64,000 bases of DNA from the NCBI GenBank assembly GCA_023213395.1, contig CM041465.1:233189741-233253740 (forward strand), written 5' to 3'. Made by a program: the position numbers and the translations under genes. The notes under the pieces are model-generated. The model was not told the DNA's origin. It saw only the letters and a program-made list of their open reading frames with translations, and made no database searches. The number at the start of each line of letters is the position of its first letter. The stretch's first letter is position 1. Positions 14,970 to 25,837 of this stretch are shown here, piece after piece. Source of the DNA: Cycas panzhihuaensis. Its lineage: Eukaryota > Plantae > Cycadophyta.

Positions 14970-15745
14970 TACTTTAGGGTTTGCATTTTGCATATGATGT
15001 TTTAATTTCCTTTCATTTGATTAATAAGTGCTAGTTTTACATTCTCATTTTCAGTGCTATATTTTAATCTTTTATGTAGTGAGTGGATTTAGTTAACATC
15101 CTTTTTGTATAACCACATCTTATTTAGTGACATACTAGAATGTTTTTGTTTTTCTTCCTCTCTTTAGGAGTGCTTTTCTAGACATAGAAAAGATACCCTT
15201 AAAGCATAAAAGTTAAACATCATAAAAAAACATAAAGAATGAGGCCTTAAGAAAAGAAACTTAATAGTAATCCAATTTTTCTCTCACCCTTCATTCCTCT
15301 TTTCTATTTGATTTCATGTCAAAATTATGTATTTATTCATTTAGGTTCATAGGTGTGATCATAGAGGAAAGCCAAGTGTGAGTGCACTTGGAATCCTTGG
15401 TCTCTTGGTTGCTTGTTTCCTTTTCATAGTGTTGTACATCTGATTATGCCTATTTCTTTTATGTTATATGGTTGGCATGCCTAGATTGAAGTAATTGGTA
15501 TAACTTGCATTTGTTTAGGGTTGTTTGGTTGAACATATTAATTGTACACTTATTATTTGCTTATGCTTACTTACATTGTACTAACCTCTACAATGAAAAT
15601 GACATCTAAAAAGATCATCAAACCCACATACATGGAATCAAGATCCCTAGTGGAACCAACTTGTTATTAATGTATAATATAGGAGAGGTTGAAGAAATAT
15701 AATGAGGTAGTTCTCTTTTTTAAGTTAGAGTTATAAGAAGACTTG
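14970..15745 (+). repeat. diverged direct repeat of 6230-7000 (LTR end + PBS-like site + leader)
   Basis: Colinear blocks shared by both copies: ttcatttgattaataagtg, cccttaaagcataaaa, ctctcacccttcattc, ttattcatttaggtt, ccctagtggaa. Confidence 0.9.
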
Positions 15746-18700
15746 TAAGTATACTCAAGGTTTTAATTAAGGCCCTTAATAGGGGCCTATCATTTTTTGG
15801 CGAAGTATATTTGGTAATAAGTTGGTGTATGAAGTGAGGTGAGACAATTACTAATATTGAGGCCTTAGATAGAACTGGCTCAACAACAAGGCCATTGGAT
15901 CTTTAGTTAGGTGACTTATAGGATTCTTCTTCTATTCCCTTCCCACTTCTTTAAACTTGCCTTCTCTATTTCTTTCTCTTTTTTAATCTTCTCTAAGTCA
16001 TGACCTTGTCCACACTTAACCTTGTTTACTCTTACCTTCTCATGCCATGCATTGAGTCTCACCTTGAGTTAGTTTTGGAATGATTGTTATACCCCATTGG
16101 TACTTTCCCCTTCTACACCCATTCTCTTCGCAAGAGGGCTAATTCATTTAGGACCACCTAAATCCTGAATGAATACTTGTAAATAATTAAATTACTTTTA
16201 TTTATTTGACATACTAAAATGTAATTTTTGAATAGCATTTCCTTTTATATAGTGTTCATGTGACACTTTTTACTTTGTGTATAAACATGTGGCTTTTAAT
16301 ATTCATTCTTATAAGTAATTATAAGTATTTTATTTATGTTTTATGATTTACTAATATGATATATGTTGGAAATAATATTAACTTAATTTTTGTATTGGTA
16401 TTATTAATAGATATTGTGTGTGTGTTCGTATAATCATTTTTTATTATTAATCGAGAAAGTTCTCCTATGATTTTTCTTGAAAGGGTCTTTATATAAATAT
16501 TTATCCATTTCTAATTTATTTTGTGCATTTCATCTATAATCTTATAGAAATTTTAATATGAAATCAATGATCCTATTATTTTATGGCATGGTATTAGAGC
16601 TAAAGGTTTTTTATTAGTGTTTGTGTGTGATTTTAAGGCCAACTTTATTTGTGTGTGAATTTCTTATTTCCACTTTAATCATATTGATTATTGGAAGCAT
16701 AAGTTGATGAGCCATTAGAGTCCATGATCAAACTCTTAGTGGAAAGAAGTTCCCATTATTAGGTAGCTCATTTGTACTCCATGGTTCCCCTTTTTAGGTT
16801 TGTACCACTAGACCCTCATCAATTAAACATAGATAACTCTTTCTCTATGGTTTGTTTCCATGAGAGATCTCTCACCCTAACATTTTTACTACTATAAACT
16901 CTTAAGTTATATAGCATCCACAACCTTTACAAATCATTAATAACTCATAGTTGGTGATTGGGTGTGTTTTTAATTATTGGGATGACCCCTCTTTATTGGA
17001 TTTTTTTTGTGATTATACTTTGAAGAGATTCCATCCCTTTCCTTCATTTAAGCTTCCATTTTATAGGTTCTTTTTGCTCTTGTGACCAACTCATAGTTCT
17101 CATTATGTGGCTTGACTCTATGAAATTTGGTGAGTTTTTGTTTTCTCATTAAAAAGATATATTTTTTAGTAGTTATTCTCTAGGTAGGCACCTTTTACTT
17201 ACTCATAGCCATTAAAAAAGTATATCTACTCTTTCATCTATTATTAATTTTCTTTGTGGATTATTTTTCCCTCATAATACTAGCCACGAAGTTGACAAAA
17301 CTTTACACAAACCTCACTTAGGTTTAATTTGATTTTTTGGGTGAGATTTTTTTTTTGTTTTAAAGGTTTAGTGTAATTAAATTCAATTAGAGAGTTGTTT
17401 TAAACTTTTCCCAACCTCTTATGGTATCTACAATTGATTATATAACTTATTCCATGCAACCAAAACCCTCAATAAAAGGGAATGATGTGATTTTTTAAAT
17501 AAAAGTTTAGAAATTTTTAGACATGCTATCATTCTTTAAATCATAACTTTCTCTACAAGCATTCTATTTTAGTTTCTTTAGTACCACTAGAATCCTAGTT
17601 GAAACATCTTTAAATTGAGTAATCATATTGGCTTTGATTTTATAGTGAAAATTCAAGTCAAATTTTCCTTTTATATAAATCGATTCATTTTGATTATTTT
17701 TCATAAAATCTTTAAATGATTAAAACTTGGTCATTTAATATTCAATTTTAGAAATCATTTTTTTAATTTTATAAATATTTTTGAGCTCTATATATTTATA
17801 TAATCAAAGTTTTGATTTCATTACTTTTATTCTTTAGAAGTAAATTCAAGTGTAAAATGGTACTTTTATGAGTTCAATTTTAGACATATTTTCATGTAAA
17901 GTAATGGTTTGAAGGTTCTTATATGCATATTAAGTTCCTTAACCATACTTTATATTATTTATTTTTGGCTTAAAAGGACCTATCTTATCTATTTTTTGTT
18001 GAAAAAACCTTCTCTTATTTGTTATTGATTTGAACATATCTTTATTGATGATATGATGTAAACTTTGAGTCTAGTATAAGCTCTTGTATTATTATATACT
18101 ATTGCTACATACTTGGTTGGCTAGATGGTTCAATTTTTTCTAGAAATATGTTGTTTATTAGTGTATAATTGATAAACCATGTACATAAAACATATCTTAG
18201 TTCACTGACAGTTTTAATAATTGGTTATCTAGGGACTTTGGTAGATGGTTATGATTTTATATGGACATTAATATATCTCTTAATTTGTTTATATCTCTTA
18301 GGTTATGGTAATGTCATGTGATGGAAATATTATGTTGTGATAATCTCAAATGTATTTTTAGGGTGATACTAATATTCTAGTTCTAATTAAGGTGGTACAT
18401 ATATATAAGAAGATGAATCTCAAGTTAAAGATCAAATCAAGATAATAATACTTCCATTATATTCTTCCCTAAATTAATATTAAGGGGTAATGTTGGAATT
18501 AATATTGATTTGATTTTGATATCAATATTACTAATGGACACTATATATATAATTATTTTTTACTATTAATTAAGAAAGTTATAAAATAATTATATATATA
18601 GTGTCCATTAGTAATATTTAATTATTTTTTTTCTATTGAATTAAGAAAGTTCAGGTTGTGAAACTACTGCGAACTGCAAAGCGAGATGAAGGTGACAGTG

Positions 18701-19287
18701 ACTGCTAGGGTTTGGACGAAGGTGACGATGCTTGATCTTCCAGAGTGTGGCAACCCGAGTATAGATGGAGGCTCATCGCAGCCTCCTAGCTGGGAAGCCA
18801 TAGTGAACTGTCACTGTGAGCAAAATTGGGAAGGGTTGAAAAAATGACCCAGAGCACGGACAACGTTTGGGGTAGGTCACCTTTCAAAGGGCTGAACGGG
18901 AGACTGGTATGGGACCAGGAAGAAGGTATGGATGCATAAGGAGGCTTGCCTTGGTAGCAAGTTTGACAGAAGGAGCAAGGCATCTTCGGACCGTGGAAAT
19001 AAACATTTAGAATTGGGCAGAGGAATGGTGCTTGGGTTTGAAGAGGCTAGTCTAAATGGTGAAGACAGGGAGAGCATCTTAACCCTAGGGTACAAGTAGG
19101 AACTGGCTTCAAAAGTGCTGGAGACGGTTGATCAGAGGAGGCAAGATAGTGGCTCAGATTATGTAGACAATAGTTGTCTCAAGCTATAAGTTATATCTAA
19201 AAGTTTTAGCCCCATGTTTCCAGGCTCTGGTGGCGAGTCCATGAAGTTTTACCTTTAACAATATTTTTTATTTATATAAGTTTTTAA

Positions 19288-20697
19288 ATGGAGCATAAAC
19301 AGTAGGACCGGACTCAGTCCTCTCCTCCAAGAAGGACATACCTTGAAGCCCTAAGAAATGGTAAACCTGAGGAGTTTGTTATTGAACCGGTGATAAGAGA
19401 TAACAGAATAAAAATCTCAGTCCTGAAGGAGCTAACGGAGAAAACAATATAATACTGTGAAAACAACTTGGTCGAGAGGTTTTCAGGGCCCAGACCAGGG
19501 TTGGATATCATAAGGAGCTGGACTAAAAATAAGTGGAAAATAAAAAACCTAGTGGAGGTGATGGTTATACCTAAGGGTTGTGTCCTTTTTAGATTCGTAG
19601 ACCAGGAAGATATGATAGTATCATTATTAAGATCCCCATGGATGTTTGGAAGGAAGGCCATGACTTTAGAGAAATGGCACCCAGATTTTGACCCAGCAGT
19701 TCCTCGGGTCAAACAAGCTCCAATATAGGTTCAGATGCTCCCCCTACATTTTTGGAACCTGGAAGTGGTTAAAGGAGTTGCCAGTGTTATAGCCCCCCTT
19801 CTAGCTACAAACTTAGCGATGAAGAACAAATCCTGATTGATTAACGCCAGGTTCTGTATCCTAGCGAATCTCGATAGTAACCTCCCAAAAGAGGTAGACA
19901 TAGAGTTTAGGGGGTGGGAGTTTACCCAGAAGTTAGCCTATGAGTTGGAAGGATTCAGGTTCTCAAGATGTAGATGTTTGGGACACCTCCCAATTAAATG
20001 TCCAAGAGAAGCTAAAGAAAGGATGAAAGAAGTGGAGGAGGGACAAAAAACAGAAGGAGACTTGAAAAAGGAAGAGGATATGAGTGCAGACCCAAACAAG
20101 AGTATAAACCTGATGCCTGATGAAGGTAAGGGAATAGATTCAATGGTGGAGACCAACATAGCAAAGAGTTTTGAGGCCCTAAAGGACCATAAAGACGAAG
20201 AGCAAGTGATATAAGGTAATCTGGGGGAGTTTAGAGAGCCAAGACATGAAGATTCTACCCATGTGTTGGGTGAATTAGCTTAGGACCAAGCGAAAGAAAT
20301 CAACTGGGAGGAGGAAGACTACCTAACAGAGGAGGAGGCAGGGATGGCCCAGATTCTAGATCAAGAAGAAGAACATAACCCAAAGGAGATAGGGGGAGAG
20401 TTAAAGTTTTCGCAGGATATACTTCCTGAGGCCAGGAGAGCTATGGATCAAGGAAGGATAGGAGGAGGGATTTATAAATGGATCTCAAAGGACAAAGGAA
20501 GGCAGATGGAGGTGAAGAGATTTCCTGACTATGACAGCAAAAAAAGGGTGGGTAAACCATCGAGGAAAGCGACAAGGGAAAACAAAGCAGCGTCCCAAAT
20601 TGATATGGGCTACCAGAGTATATTAAAGGAGGGGGGGGTAATCGAGGGCCCTCTTCTCAGAAGTAGGAGGCAGGATGGGAAGGGGCATGGTCTATGA
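19288..20697 (+). pseudogene. L1 ORF1 (DUF4283 + zinc knuckle)
   Basis: LVERFSGPRPGLDIIRSWTKNKW...SPWMFGRKAMTLEKWHPDFDP; LAYE...RCRCLGHLPIKCP. Internal stops. Confidence 0.9.
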
Positions 20698-23600
20698 AGA
20701 TTTTCTCCTAGAACATAAGGGGCTTAAATGCCCCATCTAAGCAAAGACTGGTGAAGGAGCTGAGAGCTAGGGAACGAGCGGACCTAGTCTTCCTACAGTA
20801 GACAAAAATGGCCCAGGCGAAGGAGGAGGAGGTAACAAAAAAAATATGGAGAAGGGCAGAAATGAGGATGATAGAGGGTGCTTTGGGATTGGGAGGGCTT
20901 ACTGTTCTCTGGAACCTAGGTATGTGGCAGGGTTATGAGATGGCTAAGGGGGAGCACTTCATTACAATGTGTCTGGTATGTAGAAGGATAAACTCTCTAT
21001 GGTGGGCCATAAACGTCTGCACTCTAATGACAGTGGAGGGCAGGAAACTGCTGTGGAATAGTATAGTAGAGTCCCACAAAGACTGGAAAGGCCCATGGAT
21101 GGTGGCAGGAGACTTCAAGTCGACTTTGACTCTGGAGGATAAGAAAGGAGGGCAAGTGGGGTGGTCCAGGGGTATGGAGGACTTTAGTGTCTTCCTTTAG
21201 AATAGGGGGCTAATGGACATCCCCCTCAGTGAGACCATCTTCACATGGACGAATAGGAGGTTGGGGCATAATCATATCCAGGTCAAGTTGGATAGAGTTT
21301 TGGTTAATTATGAGTGGATAAGGCTCCATGGGGACTTGAAGCTAGTGGCACTTCCAAGATCAGCTTCTGATCAATCCCCTCTCCTTTTGGAATACTCATA
21401 TCCAGATAATTATCGGGGGGGGGGGGGCTTCCATTTTGAGCGTATATGGATGCAACACCTAGACCTGAGGAATAGGATCAGTGAGTGGTGGGGTATTCCT
21501 GTGGAGGGGTACGCCATGTTCAAATTTTCAAAGAAGCTAGCCTGGATAAAGAGAAAGATAAAAATCTAGAATAAGGAGGTATTCAGAAATATATTTAAAG
21601 TCAAAGGAAGACTGCTGGAAGATTTAAGTAAGACCAAACAAAGGATTCAAGAAGAGGGAAAATCTAGCACATTGGACCAGATGGAAAGCAGACTATCCAA
21701 AGAATTTGAAGAGGTATTTTTGAAGGAGGAACTTCACTGGAAATAAAAATCCAGGGATCAATGGATTAAGGAGGGGGATAGGAATACTAAGTGTTTCCAT
21801 ATGTCGACTTTGAAACACAGAGCCTATAATAGAATAAGTAAGCTATGAAGTAAGGAGGGCACTACACTTGAGACTGAAGATCAATCAGAACCTCTGTAGT
21901 TGAGTATTTCAAAGAACTTTTTAGGGAACTTGGGTGTCAGGACCTAGAGTTACGCTCAAACCTATTGAGTTGTATCTTGTGGTCTATTAATGAGATATAA
22001 AATAGAAAGCTGACAGAGTCATTTTCCCTGGATGAAGTGGAGAGGGCTCTATTCAGCATGGGATGGGATAAGGCCCTAGGGCCAGATGGTTTTCCCCCAG
22101 CTTTCTTTCAGGAATACTAGGACATTATAAAGGACAATCTGAAAGAGGGGGTGAACGAATTCTTTGAGAAGAAGACAATTTTGAAGGAGTGGCAATCTAC
22201 CTTTTTGGTGCTAATACCTAAAAAAATGGGGGCAAAGGTGATGGAGGACTTTAGGCCAATCAGTTTATGTAATGTTAAGTATAAGATTTTGGTGAAATTA
22301 TTGGCAAACTGGCTTAAGGAGTGTCTGTCGTCTATTATATCTGCTAACCAAGATAGATTTGTTAAAGGTAGGCAGATTGTGGATGGTATAATTACTATAC
22401 ATGAGATGATTCATTCGACGTATCAAAGGAAGGAAGTAGCTATGATAGTGAAAACTGATATGTATAAAGCTTATGACAGGGTTGCTTGGGACTGTCTCCC
22501 TGATTGCTTCAAGGCCTTTGGCTTCGATGAGGTGTAGAGGGAATGGATGAAGTGTTGTATCTCGACTTCTTCTTTTTCCATGCTGATAAATGGTTCATCA
22601 ACACCTTTCTTTTCTGGGTCGAGGGGTCCAAGGCAAGGAGACCCTATGTCGTCCTATCTCTTTATCATAATGGCAAAAATGTTGGGGAGAGTTATGGAGG
22701 AGGCCAAGATGGTTGGCTGGGTGACTGGATTAAAGCCTTCCTTGAATATGGAAAATATCATCCACCATCAGTTTATAGATGATAATATATTTCTGGGTAA
22801 AGCATCTCTTGGAGAAGTCAAGGTTATGAAAGATGGGCTTCATGCTTATGAACGGGCCTCAAATCAGAAAATCAATTGGGAAAAAAGTTCTGTCTATTTC
22901 ATTAATACCCCAAAAAGACTCCAGTAGAGAATTAATAGAGTTCTAAAGATTCCAATCAGGACCCATCTGTTTACCTTGGGTTGCCTCTTTTTGTGATAAA
23001 TATGAGGAAGGATCCCTAGAGTCCCATTGTGGGACCATTCCAAAGGAAATTGGCTAGATGGAAGGGGGTCCTACTTAGCTTGGTAGGTAAAATTCAGCTA
23101 GTGGTGGCCTCCCTTCAAAGTATCCCAGTTTATATGATGTCTTTATTCATCATGCCGAATAAGGTCATCTCAATAATAGAGGGAATCATAAAAATATTTC
23201 TCTGGTCCGGTTCAGAGGAGAAAAATAGAATTCATCTGGTATCTTGGGAAAAGGTATGCAAACCCAGATGGGCAGGGGGCCTAAATGTCAGGAGGATGGG
23301 GTTATTTAACAAAGCCCTCCTAGCAAAATTGGGCTGGAGATTAGCTAGAGAGTTTGGAACGCAGTGGGGAGATATAATAACTAAAAAATATCTCAGGGGA
23401 AACCAGTTCCAGAATGAGGAGGCGAGAGGGACCTCTAGCTCCCTCATCTGGAAAGGCCTCCTATCCTCTAGACCTTTATTGAGCAAAGGCCTAAGGTGGA
23501 AACTGGAGAATGGGGAAAGCATAAGTTTCTGGGAGGATAAATGGTGCAGTAACTACTCTATGAAGGACTTACCATTCATTGGCAATATGCAGAGAACATG

Positions 23601-24872
23601 TCATGATATGTATGGCTGGTTAGTCAAATACTACTAGGAGGGTCAAGGGAGGAACAAGAAGTGGAGATCTTTTGAGAACATGTAAGGTATGGAGGAGGAT
23701 ATTCAGAACCTGAAGTGGGAACTAAACAACCATATATACTTCAGCAGATTATTGAGGATAATATGATTTGGTCTATTTCTGCCTCTAGATCATACATAGT
23801 GAAGGAGGGGTATAACACCTTGCTGAAGGAGAAAGGTGTGGGCAAGGAGGACCTGCTAGTGGGAGTTTGGAAACTGGGATTATTCCCAAAGATAGCAGTG
23901 TTTTGGTGGTTGTGCTTACAAAATAAGATTTTTACAATTGACAATCTAATGAAAAGGGGATTTCCCATGGTAAACAGATGTGTGTTGTACAAGGAGAAGG
24001 CTGAATCTCTTGACCATATGAGCATACACTACTCTTATTCCAAGAACGTGTGGGCTGACTCCTAGTCAACTCTAGGGATTGAATGGGTGTCCTTGGGGTC
24101 CCTGAAGAGTTAGTGGCTAATGTGGAAAATTTCCTTTAAGACTCTGGGTAGATTGGGGAAGCTTATCCTCCTAGTGGGGGTTTGGAATATATGGAAAGAA
24201 CGTAATAGGAGGATTTTTCAAGGGAGAGAAATGGACGAACAAATACTATAAAGTAACATCAAGAGAGATATTGTAGAGATGGAAAAACCCAGAGAGGAGG
24301 TTAATGTATCTAAGGCAGAAGAGAGAATCTTAGCGAGATGGGGGATAGATAGTCAGAATGGGAGTGAACCGAAAAAGAGAAGAAATCAATGGAGTGTGCC
24401 TAGTGAGTTCTGGGTAAAAGTCAATTTTGATGGGGCTACCAAAGGGAACCCATGCGAGGCAGGAGGAGGAGCCTTATGTAGGGATCATGAAGGAAAGGTG
24501 TGGTGGGCATTTATGCAATACTCAAGTTCCTAGATGAATCATAAGGTTGAAATGAGAGCTATGTAGATGGCGGTAGACCTGGTGGATGAGGACGAATATG
24601 AGAGTGTAATAATAGAAGGTGTCTCCCTGAATGTGATCAGGAGCCTAAAGGGGGAGTCAGAGGTGGACTGGAGCAATCAAGAGATGGTTAATGATGCCCA
24701 AGACATCCTGAGATCCAAACAAAGGGTTCAGATCTGGCATACATATAGAGAAGGTAACGATGCAGTGGACTAGTTAGCAAACTAGGTAATGGCACATAAA
24801 AGAAGTAGGGTGTGGAGGGAGGAATTCTTGGAGGAGCTTCTGAGTCTAGTTAGACAAGACTTGATAGTGTAG
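20694..24872 (+). pseudogene. L1 ORF2 (APE endonuclease, RT, zf-RVT, RNase H)
   Basis: MKIFS*NIRGLN, WMVAGDF, KLDRVLVN, SDQSP, DFRPISLCNVKYKI, KAYDRVAW, RQGDPMS, QFIDD, ISFWEDKW, KVNFDGATKGNP, HTYREGN. Multiple stops and frameshifts. Confidence 0.95.
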
Positions 24873-25365
24873 ATAAGAAATTAGTTAGGAAAGTGGGACG
24901 TGACAATGATGTGATTAGCTAGGCCATGGGCATGTCATAGCCATTCTTTTTTCTTAGCTGATAGGTAACCGATGTAATGGTTTGGGGGTCCTGTTAAAAC
25001 CCTAATTTATATAAATTTTTACCTTATCAAAAAAAAAAAAAAAAAGTTCTCCTATGTTTTTTTTGAAAAGGATTTTCATGTAAATATCTAGGTTTATTTT
25101 ATTTTATTTTATGTATTTTATATATAATCCTATGGAAAATTTAATAAAATATTAAAGCTCTCATGGATATTAAGTTTTGCTAGTTATAATAATATATTAG
25201 AATGAACAAATTCATCATCAAGGGGTAATTAAGAAGATGATATTTTCCTAATACCTTATTGAAATGATGATGTGTTCTTTATGCCTTATTTATGACCCTC
25301 CCCAAGTCAATACTAAAGGGGGATGCTAACAAATTAACAATTTAATGTTGGCATATAGAGTTGAT

Positions 25366-25654
25366 TTTTTTTTTTTGATATCTAGAGGAGAACCTCTAGC
25401 CACCCTTAGTACAAAGTTCTGAAGTAAGGGGGACTCCCGGGATCTAGGTTTTTGTACTGCCTTTGTACTGGCTATGCTTGGAATTCATACCACCATCGTA
25501 CAACTAGCGCACACTCAACGGACTACTTTCTTTATAACAATGGATGCCGGTCAGACTACTTCCCTTTGAAGTGACTTGCACTTATGAGTTTTGAACCTGG
25601 GTCTCTCCTTGGTAATCGCCACATCTTACCAATCCACCCAGCCCCATGAGGCTA
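25366..25654 (-). mobile_element. tRNA-derived SINE
   Basis: Perfect 14 bp TSD catatagagttgat (25352-25365 and 25655-25668). Poly(A) reads as a T-run at 25365-25376. Minus-strand head has A-box-like TGGGTGGATTGG and B-box-like GGTTCAAAACT. Confidence 0.92.
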
Positions 25655-25837
25655 CATATAGAGTTGATGTTAGGGAGAAGTAGTAAATGCCCTATTTAAA
25701 GGGCCCATCTTAATGTAATCCTTACCAATATTTAGACAAGATGTAATATCTTGTATTAATCTGATATAGATTCCTATTGTGTTTTAATAATATAATTACT
25801 TCAATTTATTCAGTGTGCGAAAATAAAGTTATTGGGT

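Larger units (their letters stand above)
6230..15117 (+). mobile_element. non-autonomous Tat/Ogre-like Ty3/gypsy LTR retrotransposon, RT/RNaseH/integrase core deleted
   Basis: LTR 3' end ...aaccata (6378), then PBS-like tggtgatatgttag at 6386 (decayed TGGCGAC type). Gag, protease and integrase C-terminal remnants. Tandem repeats in the 3' UTR. PPT-like ccacactaatgggagaag at 12768-12785, then a presumed long 3' LTR ending ...aaccaca at 15117. Confidence 0.65.
18653..25044 (+). mobile_element. apparently full-length plant L1 LINE with C-terminal RNase H, inserted in an LTR
   Basis: Two ORFs, 3' UTR and poly(A) at ~25029-25044. TSD aagaaagttc (18643-18652) / aaaaaagttc. The host LTR sequence resumes directly after the tail. 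Confidence 0.95.
16364..25146 (+). mobile_element. small non-coding LTR element (~2.4 kb without the L1)
   Basis: 5' LTR tgttggaaat...ttttaata 16364-16558. PBS tggtattagagc (tRNA-iMet type) at ~16590. PPT taaggggtaa 18481-18490. 3' LTR 18491-18652 plus 25045-25146. Flanks atata/aaata. Confidence 0.8.

Noticed and set aside
18786-24025. minus-strand ORFs over the L1
   Set aside because: Antisense shadows of ORF1, ORF2 and the leader.
25570-25654. tRNA gene
   Set aside because: The Pol III boxes belong to a SINE head with a tail and TSD; no cloverleaf.
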